NCBI RefSeq assembly: GCF_964204645.1
Contig: NC_134034.1
Span: forward strand, 8,568,962-8,632,961
From: Tubulanus polymorphus
Lineage: Eukaryota; Animalia; Nemertea
Reading direction: 5' to 3'
Length of the DNA: 64,000 bases
The notes under the pieces were generated by a model. The model did no database searches. It had not been told where the DNA came from and was given only the letters and a program-made list of their open reading frames with translations. Position 1 is the first letter of the stretch; each line of letters opens with the position of its first letter. Shown piece by piece: positions 45,259-57,419 of the stretch. The position numbers and the translations under genes are program-made.

Positions 45259-47569
45259 TCGCAAACACAATGATACAATAAAAATTTTTCCAATCCAAAC
45301 CTTCAAAGAAGATATTAAAAAATGCAAAAATATTACACCGACCACGACTTTACCATATACCCTTAATATCTTAAGCCGAAACACATATGAAATATACATC
45401 ATAGCTATGTACAAAAGGTATAGCATCGATTCTATCAAACAGTCGTCTCAAGACCGACACACAACTCTACTATCTAGTTATTTAACCTGTCCAAATATAT
45501 ATTACATTGCTATATGTCTTATTTTTTGCGTGCTTATACACACATGTCCATGTATGTGTATGCATTTCCATGACAACCGACAAGACTACCTCTATCGAAA
45601 CCTGGCCCGACACACACGCTTTTAAAGAATACACAAATTCGAGTTGTATACAACAGGCTGACTCGTACTACGACAACGGTTACCCGACACCCAAGCAGCA
45701 AAAACGACTGTCAGACATCCTACAATTCAAGACTAAGCATAAAGTAGATTGATACGTAATGATCTTTCAAAGGCAAATATATACATATACATGTATATAG
45801 AAATGTGTATATCAGTACATGCATATGTACATGTATACCCCTCTTAAAAATGGAGTTCAAGATAGAAAAGCCAACTATTAGAAACCCGAATATATGCAGA
45901 TATAAACTATATGTATACACCGCTCCGATCTCTTACATACAAGGAGTGCATCAAATAATTGCTTCTGCGTAAGCGATCCGCCAAAATCGTCCTTTGTATT
46001 CCCCTAGTCTATTGCATTTTTATGTATATTATATTTATATGAAGGAAAGAGTTTAACGGCTTTTCCATTCTTTAATCGCTTCTACGAGGATATTTTTTAA
46101 CCATAAACTGTCAGATATCTGACAGTCTATCACCTCATAGATGATCGCCGTCACGCCGTCTTTAAAAATCGGAAAATGTACTATTTGTATCTGTGTATAT
46201 ATGTAAAGCATAAAGCTCTACATTCTAGACGAATACTTTTAATTTGAAATTTAAAATCACTCTCCCCACCCCATGCATATACCGGTACCCCCAGTAGACA
46301 CACGAGTGTAAAGTCGCACCACCCGGATTTCCATCGCCCCGACATTGACGACGAAAATCTATGCAATGTTTGGTCTACATGGTGCACCGCTTACATACTA
46401 CAGCTAGAGCATGGATCGGATAGCATATCCCAGCTCTTTTCTCTATATGAAACTTCTTACAGATCATATCAGATCCAAACTTGGAGTAACCCACTCCAAG
46501 ATCCAATGCACTCCATAAATTCAAGCTACTAGTTCTGCTTAATAAACTATGATTCCAGCTGTTCCCCCTCCAACTTACATTAAGAGCACATGGTTGTTAG
46601 AGTGTGTACTGCTGTGTCAAATAGCTACACACCATATAATACCCAATTTTTTCATATGTGGAAACCTCCCCTTTAAATCACCGTTGCCTAGATAGAAAAC
46701 TTTCGCATTAGACATAAACCGATCAAAATGGCATTAAACACTGTGCAGATCCATGGCGTGTGATGCTACAGCTACACACCATGGATCAATACTATATGAT
46801 ATCTACACCTTATACTCCAGATTGTACATAATATGCATACCCAAGGCAGTGACCCATCGAGCAACAGAGAAACAGCCTCAGTCTCCTATATGACCAAACC
46901 CTGTATATATCTATACTATAAGCGGCTAGGCGTCTCAACTTTGTAATGCGTAATCTCCGTTCGTGTGGCTTCGATTACCCGTTGAGTGGTATGGATTGAA
47001 AGAGGGTGGTCTGATCTGTGTTTTAAAAATCGATTTCGTGACAATACGATAAAGTTTAGGTAGACTTTGGGACCATTTAAGTTTGGAAGCTCCACGTGTC
47101 GTCACTGCGCGCGATGATCGAAACAAACATTTGAGCGTCAGCTGTTGCTCGGTTTTTGTATAGCGTGCTTGACTTCAGAGACGCTGATGACCTCAATTCA
47201 TCTCTCTGCCCACAGAGACGCGGGTCACCTCGCGGGCAATCTAATGGTAGAGATTACTGCGATGTGAGCATCGGCTGTTGCTGGGTTTTCTACAGAAACG
47301 TAGGTGACCTCAATTCGCCTCTGCCTGGGGAATTTAATAGTGGAGATTACTGTATGTATTCAGACTCACCACAGCGCCACTTCTTTAACAAAGAAAAGCG
47401 TGCCAATCCATTCTTCTAAGAATCACCGAGATTTAATAGCCTGATTTGTCATTGTCGTCGGATTGAAAGGTATGCAAAAGCGTCATTCATTGACTGTTAC
47501 ACGATGTCGTTGGGTCTTTAGAAGTCATGTTAAAAAACGTATTCAATTGTTTGGAATGTAAATTGAAAC

Positions 47570-47626
47570 CAACTCAATTCAATTCAATTCAATTCAACTC
47601 ATTTCAATCAATTCAATTCAATTCAA
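47570..47626. repeat. (AATTC)n microsatellite
   Basis: Seen directly in the sequence. Confidence 0.9.
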
Positions 47627-48244
47627 TGTAGCAGTGCATCAGCCAAAATGGCGGATGTCATTCGGTTGCCTTTTTTGTGTCATACAGTGTCTTTATTCTA
47701 TTTCAGATTTGTCCTGTAATCAGTGTTTGTGTTTGTGATTGTGACTGACAAGCTTTATTACACCTTGCTGCAGTATTTGGCAGAGGTAATTATCTTATGG
47801 TAATGGCTTTAACGTTTAATTTAACATACACTTTAATTTAAAATAATTCACAATATTGTAATGGTTTAAACTAAATAGTGAAGACATTAATTGAAATGCA
47901 CACATTACTCATTTTTGTGCTATCATCTTTTCAAATGAGCCTTGGATTTTGGGGCAAAGTAGGCAAAATAATTAAATGCTGTAACATTTTAAATGTAACT
48001 GTCATGCAGTTTCTTACATTTGTTTCTCTTACATTTCATGTTCATTCATTTTATTTAAACTCAATATCAATTCTCATAGCCACTACTTTGCCCTAAAACT
48101 TTGCACTAATACTCACAAAGCAAGGCTAATACAATCCTTTATGTCCCCACCACCACAGCTGTTATGCGATGTAAGTATGGATGGGTTTTAAAGGCATTCA
48201 AATGTCTTAATTTTACTCTAATGGAAAACTACTATTTTTTGTAG

Positions 48245-48760
48245 ATGTCTGAGAATATTTCGCTCAGTGTCAATGAACTCAAGACTAAAGTCGACAATTT
48301 GCAAGATATCCTAACCAAAGAGCTGGCACTAACTGAAGTTCAGCTACATAATGCAATCCAAAAAAACGACATCAGTAAGTTAGACACTGATACGATAGCC
48401 GAAACCAGGCTTAGAGTGAAAAACGTTTGCGGTGATATCAAACAGCAACTGGGGCAGCTCCATACTGACTGCAGAGTTACTGTAGCTAAACTGAAATCAC
48501 TGAATGCAAGATTCAGTTCTCCATCATAAACAAACCTGGCAACGTCCACGCTCCTTAAAAACAAAAGGGCAGAAGACGAAAGCACTGAAACCCCTGCTAC
48601 AGCGAAACGGCAGTGCTTTGAAATTTCGAGTGGAGACGATGCCAGTCTTTCCAATGCACTGGATACATCGCAGGCCGAAAAAGGCACCGGAGGTCGATGT
48701 AACCCAAACTGAACATCTGACGGAAAAAGAGGCTAAGGCATTGATCCACTCAGAATAGAT
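48245..48760 (+). pseudogene. Coiled-coil ORF upstream of the Helitron Rep (possible Helitron accessory gene)
   Basis: TTTTTTGTAG acceptor before the ATG, heptad-like ORF 48245..48529, AATAAA near 48769. Confidence 0.3.
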
Positions 48761-48836
48761 GTGCTTTTAATAAATTCATTTATTTCTTTCATTGCAGACT
48801 TCATTTAATTAATTTCTCATTGGTCTCTCTAAAAAA

Positions 48837-50422
48837 ATGCCTCGGAAGATATCAGCTTTGGGTAGAAGCACCCCCAAAACAAAACGTGTCCAGCGTCATC
48901 GTTCGGCTACAAATGAATCAAACCTGGAAGAACAAGCTAATGTTGACAATATAATTCATACATGTGAACTCATAACACTTTATCCCATGCCTGTTTGCAG
49001 CACACAGTATGTAGATGGTCGTTCTCACAACAATATGGCTGTGGGCAAAATTATAAAACAGTGCTGTGGCAATGGTAAAGTAGCTCCACCAGTTTATCCA
49101 ACACCACCTCAGTATTTAAGTGACTTGATAACTGGAAAGCTGTCATTGTCAAATCATTTTTTGCACAACATTCGTACCTATAATACAGCTTTCCAAATGA
49201 CAAGTTTTAGGTGCAAAGTATCTCGACAGACAGGTTGGAACCCCTCATTTGTTGTTCAAGGTCAGATATGCCATCGTATTGGCAGTTTACACCCCACCCC
49301 TGGTGAAACACCTAAATTTCTTCAACTATACTTTCTGGATAATTTGACTCATACAGTCATGACCCGCCATAGTCTTTCAGACATTTTGGACAAATCTGTC
49401 CTAAAATCACTCAATGAAATGCTTCATGCCTGTAATACTTAAGTATCATCTCCTAAAACTGCATCAGAAATTATTGATAGTGCTCCAATTCCTAACCTCG
49501 ATACAACAAACAAGTAAGCAGTGAAATAGGTATATTAATGCCAAACGAGCCAACTGGCAGTAGAGATATTGTCCTAACATACAAGGATGGACCACTTCAA
49601 AGAATATCGGAGCTGCACAGATCGTACGATGCGCTGCATTATCCATTGTTATTCCCTTTCGGCACTGATGGCTACAGCATATACCTTCAGAATACACATG
49701 GCAAGAAGATTACTCAGCAATAGTTTTACTGCTACCAGTTTATGTATCGTCAACCTGACATCTCACCTACACTTTTGCAGGAGGCTTTTTCAACAGTTCA
49801 TAGTTGATGCCTACTGCAGGATGGAGACTGAACGTTTAAATTATATACGCCGAGAACAACGGTCACTGCGTACTGATTGCTACAATTCACTCCGTGACAG
49901 CATATCATCATCCGATTCTGATCCACAGTGTTTAGGGCAACGCATTATACTTCCCTCTTCATTAATTGGGAGCTCACGATATATGCATGAAAAACAGCAA
50001 GATACTGTAACCTATGTACGCCTATTCGGTCGCCTAGACCTCTTCATAACATCAACCACAAATCCAAAATGGGCAGAAATTACAGACAATCTTCCCTCAA
50101 ATCAGCCATCGGCTGATCCTACTGACATTGTTACACGGGTCTTTCATTTAAAACTGAAAAAAAACTTATAAAATGTCTACGAAATGGTGCATTTGGTTCC
50201 GTTAAAGCATGGCTTTACAGCATTGAATTTCAAAAAAGGGGTTTGCCTCACGTCCTACTGTGGCTGTACAATGACAGCAAAGACCCGATGACATTGACTT
50301 ATTTGTGAGTGCCGAAATCCCTTCACCTGATGAAGAGCCCCATTTGCACAACTTGGTTAAAACACACATGGTACATGGGCCATGTGGTGTCACAAACCCA
50401 AAATCGCCCTGCATGAAAGATG
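48837..50422 (+). mobile_element. Helitron RepHel N-terminal/Rep fragment, frameshifted and truncated
   Basis: CCGNGKV, NIRTYN.AF..TS, YDALHYPLLFP.G, LFQQFIVD, ILPSS..GS.RYM, T.NPKW.EI, IEFQKRGLPH and HGPCG motifs. Confidence 0.9.
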
Positions 50423-52480
50423 CGGGGATGGGAATATCCCGCGGTTCCCCGCGTTTTTGGACGACGAAATTATTAGTTTTCCAATTCATGCAAATCTGAT
50501 GAGAAACGGGGGGGGGGGGGGTAGTGTTGCCCAACGGTGATTGAGCGACGAAGTTTGAAGACTTCGTCAAGCTCTCCCTCCCTCCCTCCCTCCCTCCCTC
50601 CCTCCCTCCCTCCCTCCCCCTCCCCCCTTAGATTGGCTTGCGATGGATGCCGCGGCTAGCATAAAAGAGAAATTTAAATCCGAGTGGATGGACAAAGTGG
50701 TCACCTATCAAGACCACAAAATGATATTAGGGGACTGTTTCAAAAAGGTTCCTGTTGCCGGTGTTATTGAATGTAGAGTCTGCAACGGCCACCGAGTAAA
50801 ATATGCGACTCGTGGTGTGAATGCTCTTACAGATCATCTGAAATCGGCAACCCATTTGAAGAACCAGAAATCTGTTAACACTGTTCCGATCACTGAGCAT
50901 TTGGAAGCCCTGCCACTCGAGAAGCCCTCTTGTTCAACTGGCACAGTGAATAAACCCAAGCATCATGCATTGATGGCCGATCGTATATCATCTACAGAGG
51001 TACTGGCCTAAATTAAAACATTTGCTACAGCAGAAATTATAAAGTGCGAGGTGCCATTCTGTTTTCTGTACCTAGTATAAAAATTAGGTTTACCCTGCCG
51101 TTGTGCTCATAGAATAAAGTTTTTAAAAATTATGACAACTGTGATTTTATACGACTTTCAGGGCCAGCTATTTTTAATACAAGCCAATTTTCATCTTCCA
51201 GGCACTGTATTTGGCCTTCATCGCAGACAATAATTTGGCATTATCCTTGGCCCCTAAGCTAGTGAACTTGGTGAAGAGCGTTGACCAAACTGCTGTTAAA
51301 GAAGTTAATCTTTCAAGGCATAAGGCCAGTTGCTCAAAGGTTGGTTAGAGTTAACCAGTGGATAGTTGACATATTGACAATTAAAAGCTCATTGTAACTA
51401 TGGTATTTATCCGCTGGTTATCATTAACCAACTTTTGAGCAACTGGCCCCAGGCTACACGTACGATGAGCGTCATTGACTTATATTCCTCTGTTCTCCCG
51501 ATTTTGAAATCCTACGTCTGTGTGTTTCAGGGAGAGGATACTCTCGTCCATAAGCTCCATGAAAAACAGTTGAAGGTATTCCGTGAATTTATCGGTTGTT
51601 TTGTAAAACCAGATAATATTGTCAACAAGTCTGCTAAGAAATTACTTGAACTTGACTTAAAGATGAAAAAATCCAGTACAAAACCGTGTGACATGTTTGT
51701 TGGCGAAGAAACTGTCAAGGAACTAAACACCGAGGATGGAACTACAAAGAAAAAATTCTTTGCTGAAAACGGCGTTAATAGCTTGCAGGGTGTATATGCA
51801 AGGTAAATTACCAATCAACAGTCCTGTCCTGAAAGCGCTGGCATGTATCGACCCTTGCATAAGGTCAAATTCCCGTTGCCACCAAAGACTTAAAGGCATT
51901 AAAGGAAAAGTTCAACCTGGGGCGTTTCATCAAACGTGGTGATGGAGATTTTTACAGTGAACTGATGAAATTTGAGTATGAGGAAGGCCCAGGGAAAATA
52001 GATAGCTGGTGGCATGCCGTTATGAAAACGGGAGAATATCAATGTCTGTGTGCCGTGGTCAGAGGGGCTCTCAGCATATTTCATGGACCACAGGTTGAGG
52101 CTTCATTCGAAATTATGAATAATCTTTTGAACAAAAAAAACGAACAGATTGGACAAAGGAACCTACTCGGCCTATCAGTCAGTCAAATATGCATTACAGG
52201 CAAAAGGACAATCCGCCATTCAGCACTTTGCTCGTCCGGACGTGCATTAAATGCACGTCCGGACGAGCTATAATATAGCTGCATTGATAAGAGGCTCTGT
52301 CAGAAAATGCGCATTGCTGCAAAGAAACACAAAGCTAAGAGGGCAAAATCTGTAGAGTTGAAGACTCAGGTATTGGCGAAATATCAGCTCACCGCCGTCA
52401 AAAAGATCAGCAAGAGAAAAGCCAGCATGGCACATGAAGAAAATATTAGTAATTAGAAGATGGCGTTTTCAGATCAGAGG
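50423..52480 (+). mobile_element. Internally deleted hAT transposon
   Basis: CGGGGATGGG left end; BED-like CRVC...H...H (50643..51011); C-terminal IDSWW...Y.....ALSIFHGPQVEASF dimerisation-like motif; right end not found. Confidence 0.7.
50508..50627. repeat. Poly-G run and (CCCT)n tract
   Basis: Seen directly in the sequence. Confidence 0.9.
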
Positions 52481-52524
52481 TCGAGACACCACTCATCACC
52501 ACAAGTAATTTTTTCCCCTAATAA

Positions 52525-52851
52525 ATGGGAGATAGAAAAGCATTCTTAGCAACAATAAATAACAGAATTAAACCAGCAAAAAAACAATTTGAAATAAAAA
52601 AGTTAGTTGATGTTACAAAAGAAATTGAACATAAAATATTGAAATTAGAAAAGATAAAAACTAAATATGGAGAGAAAGTATCAGCTAATTTAAGCTACTG
52701 TAATGTTAGTACATCGCGAGAATTTAAAGTATTTTTACCCGATAAATGGGTTTCATTGAGTACAGAGGAATTGAAAGATTTAGAAGGATTTAAAATAATC
52801 TATCATGGGAAAAATGAAGACGGTCATCATGATTTAGAAATTGTTGATTAA
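52525..52851 (+). CDS. Small viral hypothetical protein
   Basis: Intact 108-aa ORF with ATAAATG start and the same composition as the neighbouring viral genes. Confidence 0.55.
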   Translation: MGDRKAFLATINNRIKPAKKQFEIKKLVDVTKEIEHKILKLEKIKTKYGEKVSANLSYCNVSTSREFKVFLPDKWVSLSTEELKDLEGFKIIYHGKNEDGHHDLEIVD

Positions 52852-53134
52852 ATAAGAAATAAAAATAATGAATATCTAGAATCCAAAATGACCTTAATCG
52901 TTTTACGAACAACTACAATCATACAGTCAAACATCTGTTACATGTTATTATAAGAGAGTGCTTCATTTGAATATTGATCAATCAAACAGGTGTTGCACAA
53001 CATTGTTGTTATATTGGATAGCTAGCAGTTATATAATAAGCACGCAGTACATACAACACACACAGGACAGGAGGATAGTCATTCTCTCTCGTGATTAAAA
53101 GGAATATTTCAATGTTTTTACGGTAAGTTTTAGC

Positions 53135-53423
53135 AAAACCACCCGACCTGACTCGCAGAGTTTTTAGGGGATAAGTGTCCCGTTATTGAGAGGCGCCACG
53201 AGATACCTATCCCCAAGCATTTCTACTTACACCCCTGTGACCCACACCTCGCCAATTCTCCTTCAATGGTTGACAGGAAACACATTATATTAAAGGCGCC
53301 TAATGCATTTCCTATCAACCCCTTACCCCCGAAAGGAGGATCGAAAGTCGAAACTGAAGGAGAACCACGGAGGGTGGACAAAGGTGCATTTTCGAAATGC
53401 CCCTGCAAGCCAAGCCCGGCGGC
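53135..53423 (-). ncRNA. Candidate Pol III-transcribed structured RNA (~290 nt) in the adintovirus intergenic region
   Basis: TATATAA 31 nt upstream; first T4 run falls right after the terminal stem; 23-, 20- and 17-bp stems with 12 G-U pairs on this strand; two GGCGCC loops. Confidence 0.6.
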
Positions 53424-53518
53424 ACTCCAGTGGTTGAATGAATTGCCTTATATACTTAGCTAAAACACCTAAGTAAATGTTGCTGGTGCTAAAAAATTGT
53501 GAAATTTGAAATTATGAA

Positions 53519-54109
53519 TTATTCCGAATGAAAAGAATATAAGAATGAAAACTGATAAATGAATTGTTCATTTATTATAGAAATATTTTTACTTTCAATA
53601 TTCGAAAATGTTATAACTCCAGTTGATAATAATGTCATAAATCCACCTAATTGAAATGATAAATATCCAATCCGTTTATTTAATTCAGTCATAACTAAAT
53701 AATCATTTTTTAAATCGGAATATAATCGATTTTCATCTTCAATTGGAAGTATATAATTACATAATTTACTATAACCTTTTACTACATTTTCTGATATCGC
53801 GTCATTAATTCTAGCTGTTCTCGCGGCTTCATAAATCTTAAATAATCTAATAATTTCATCTGATTTCATTGTATCTAATTCATTATAAGTTAAATTTTTA
53901 CCGACAAAATTTTTACATTTTCCAGATGCTATTAATATTTCTAATTGATGTTTACAGTAAAGATAATATTCATAATTATTATTTGTTGTAACATTATTTA
54001 AAGCACCATCATCTGGAATTAATTTGTTTTCTGTTATTCCTAAATCATCTAAAGTATTTTCAATTGGAACATCACCATTTTTTGATTTTATTTTCTTTTC
54101 ACCTACCAT
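53519..54109 (-). CDS. Viral hypothetical protein with hydrophobic C-terminus
   Basis: Intact 196-aa ORF in the viral gene array. Confidence 0.6.
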   Translation of the reverse strand: MVGEKKIKSKNGDVPIENTLDDLGITENKLIPDDGALNNVTTNNNYEYYLYCKHQLEILIASGKCKNFVGKNLTYNELDTMKSDEIIRLFKIYEAARTARINDAISENVVKGYSKLCNYILPIEDENRLYSDLKNDYLVMTELNKRIGYLSFQLGGFMTLLSTGVITFSNIESKNISIINEQFIYQFSFLYSFHSE

Positions 54110-54129
54110 TTATATAACAAAAAAATTAG

Positions 54130-54414
54130 TTGTGATGTTGCAACTAGAATTCAACTAGAATGTAACAAGAATTCAACTAGATTAACAAGCTAGTTGAAAT
54201 ATTGTTACTTTTTTTTATTTCTTGTTAAATCTAGTTGATTTTTGTTCCAACTACCAATAACTAGAATTCAACTAGAATGTAACTAGAATTAAACTAGATA
54301 AACAAGCTAGTTACAATATTGTTAAAATCTAGTTGATTTTTGTTACAACTACCAATAACTAGAATTCAACTAGAATGTAACTAGAATTCAACTAGATTAA
54401 CAAGCTAGTTGAAT
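54130..54414. repeat. Higher-order tandem repeat (AACTAGAATTC / AACTAGAATGT subunits, three ~100-115-bp units)
   Basis: Repeated blocks begin near 54141, 54256 and 54353. Confidence 0.9.
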
Positions 54415-55023
54415 TTAAATAAATTCATATTTAAATGGGTGTTGTAATCTAAATAGTAATTTTGATATTTTAATATTTTTCAACTTATCCATATATTCAT
54501 TATGTAAATCATGTGGAATAATATCATTTTCCTCAAGTGCATTTTTCATCGATTTTCTATCTTTATTGTAGAATAAAACTAGAAATCTAATGTTTTCTCT
54601 AAAGTCTTTAACAATTGAATTATATTTTTGATTTAAAACCAAAGTTGTTATCCCAAAATGTCTCCCAGAGAAAGCTAAATAACATAACTCACTTTCTCTC
54701 ACTTTTGAATCATGTAAATTTGCACAATCATCTATAATGAATAATGTATTTGATCCTTTATAAATATCTATTGCTATTTTAATACAATTATCTAAATTTT
54801 CTTTTACTGTTTTAGGATCTAATATAATAAATTTATTATTTCTAGTAATATTTCTATCATAAGTTTGATTAAATTCATATGTTGGACAAAATAATACTAT
54901 ATTATCAAAATAGTTTTTATAAACAGTTTCTAATAAATTTAATATAAAATAAGTTTTTCCACAATTTGTTACACCAGAAATTAACATATTATGAGGTTCA
55001 AATATAAATAATTCCTTATTCAT
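54415..55023 (-). CDS. A32/FtsK-like DNA packaging ATPase
   Basis: Walker A GVTNCGKT, Walker B LFIIDD, GRHFGI and the downstream Q motif; ORF intact. Confidence 0.9.
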   Translation of the reverse strand: MNKELFIFEPHNMLISGVTNCGKTYFILNLLETVYKNYFDNIVLFCPTYEFNQTYDRNITRNNKFIILDPKTVKENLDNCIKIAIDIYKGSNTLFIIDDCANLHDSKVRESELCYLAFSGRHFGITTLVLNQKYNSIVKDFRENIRFLVLFYNKDRKSMKNALEENDIIPHDLHNEYMDKLKNIKISKLLFRLQHPFKYEFI

Positions 55024-56120
55024 TTATATATTTTTAATTTTACTTGACAATATCCATTCATTGAATTTATCTGGCCATCCAACCCATTTTACTAAAGAAT
55101 ATTTTTTTCTTTTAATAGTTTTTGTTTTTAATACTTTTTCAATTTTATATTCTTGTTCTAGATTTTCGGTAGTTAAACTCAATTCTTCTTCGTAAAAGTA
55201 GCCATCAACTTCTTCACTATCTAAATCTTCTAATTTATAGACATATGGTTTTGTTGTTATTACCTTTTTTATTTTATATATTTCTCTAGTAAAATTTCGA
55301 TCGTATCCTTTGTCAAATATCTTTTTATACTTAGAAATTCTAACATTTTGACCAACTTTAAATTTAGGTTCACCAAAATCATTTACAAGAAATGCTCCAT
55401 ATAAATTATTCCAAACAATTTCAGCATTTTCAGGTTTTCTAGCGTCAATAGGTTTCATTCCAATAGAAGAATGATAAGAATTATTATATCCTTCCATCAA
55501 TTTTGGTAAAACATCAATCCATTTAAAAGTATTATTTGCTGTAAATTATTTCCACATTCTTGTTCTTAATGTTCTATTAAATCGTTCAACAACTGCTGCT
55601 TTATCCGATTTTGTTGAAAAATATTTAATATTATGATTATCTAAGAGTTCACGAACAAGTGAATTATCAAACTCTTTTCCATCATCAAATTGTATTTTTT
55701 CTGGTTTTAGTTTATCATCCGAAAGAAATTTTCTTAAAACATTTGATGTTTGTACAGCATCTTTTCTATAAAGTGGGAAGCTCCATACATAACGACTAAA
55801 ATATCAATTATATTCAATAACCACCAATAATCATCATTATCTTTCTTCATATCAATTAAATCTCCTTGCCCCTGTTGATCTACATAACTTACCATAGTTT
55901 TACGAGTTTTATATTTTCTAACAATTTTTTTATGTGTTGTGTATGTTGGTTGTTCTAACATAAATTCATTTATATCTTTATATTAAACTAAATCTTGTGG
56001 GATTATCTTAACTAATGTACATCTTAACTGTACAGAAGAATAAGCAACCGAACTCTCAGGGTTGTAATATAAATTTCTTAAATATTGTTCTTTAGTATTA
56101 GGAGTTTTTTTACCGCCCAT
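55024..56120 (-). pseudogene. Polinton-type retroviral-like integrase with C-terminal chromodomain, frameshifted
   Basis: LYYNP, Q.DLIDM, QFDDGKEF, AAVVERFNRTL, YNNSYHSSIGMKP, FDKGY and chromo motif YKIEKVL...LVKWVGWPDKFNEWI. Confidence 0.9.
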
Positions 56121-56161
56121 TTATATATCGTTAATTTTAACTTTATATTAACTTTATATTT

Positions 56162-57381
56162 CTAATATTGAATACTATCTAATTGTGAATTCACAATATT
56201 TAATTGTGCGTCAGATATAATATAAATGTGCATTTTGAAATTTTTGTCTCCTCTTTTCTTCGCCATGAATAATTGTATTCCATCTTTAGTGTTCTGTAAT
56301 TTCTTCCCAGAACCATGTAATGAATTATCCTCTGTTGTTCTAAAATCTAACCATAATGCATATTTATTGCCGGTATAATAATCAATTTGATTAATATTAC
56401 AATTTTCAAATGATTTTACTTTTTCATTCATAAAATGTTTTCTAATTTCTGGCCATTGATCAATCATCCTCATTCCTTGACAAAATATTTTATTTGCTAT
56501 TCCTTCAATAGTTATTTCTACTTTTGTTATTTCAGGAGTATAATAATTATCAACCTTTATTGCGCCATTAGAATATGTTGCAATGGTAAAAAATATTAAT
56601 ATACCTTTAATAGATCTTCTTGGGAAGTAAATATTCTCATTAATTATTTCATCATTTGCATTAATAGTTACAGTTTTAAATTTATCAATATAATCATATA
56701 ATAATGAAAATCCTTGATTGTATTGAGTTTGAATTGTGCTAGCAATATTTTCATTAGTTACTGTGTCATATTCTAAACATATATTCGATAATTTATATCC
56801 CATATCTTTAACAACGCTAGATAATACAATTTCATTTACAGGAGCAAATGTTATCTCAAATATAATATCTTCTTGAATTACATATTTATATAAAGGTGCA
56901 TTATTATTTATCAATTCAAAGTCAAATGGAATTTTATATTTGCTTCCATAAATCTTTTTTATCAAATTATCTGTGGCACGAGTTACTATTGCGTCATTAG
57001 CTCCTGATTAATTTATTATGGTTTTCTGATTGGATGCCTTGAAATATCATATTATTTCTATTTTCTTTAGTTAACCCTAAATCTTTATAATGCATAAATA
57101 AATTATAATCATCTAATGAGAAAACTGTTTCTGGACCAATCTTTATAGTTAATTTTTTAATCAAATATCTCCCAACATTATCAACAACATAATTATTATT
57201 ATGACCAATTACTTTTATGAACATAAAAAGTATTTTGTGTTAATCTAGGAATTCTAACATATAAAGTTTCATCGGGATTAATATTTAAAGGATTATGAGT
57301 AATTATATGATGTGATATTTCTGCTTTAATAGCATTAGATATTCTAGAAATCTTAGAAGGACTTATATAACTCCCACTCAT
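56162..57381 (-). pseudogene. Adintovirus/Polinton major capsid protein, frameshifted
   Basis: NPLNINPDETLYVRIP, Y.L.NI.LEYD, PRRSIKGIL and ALWLDFRT..DN.LHGSG motifs, next to the ATPase and integrase. Confidence 0.75.
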
Positions 57382-57419
57382 TTATTTAACAAAAAAATTA
57401 ATTATTTATTTTTTATCAT

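Noticed and set aside
53325-53425. Hammerhead or twister ribozyme on + (GAAA loops, CGAAAC, CCAAGCCCGG)
   Set aside because: No CUGANGA core or complete twister P4/pseudoknot, and G-U asymmetry favours the minus strand.
53223-53463. ORFs 53223..53408 (-) and 53266..53463 (+)
   Set aside because: Short, unlike neighbouring viral genes in composition, and better explained by the structured GC-richer island.
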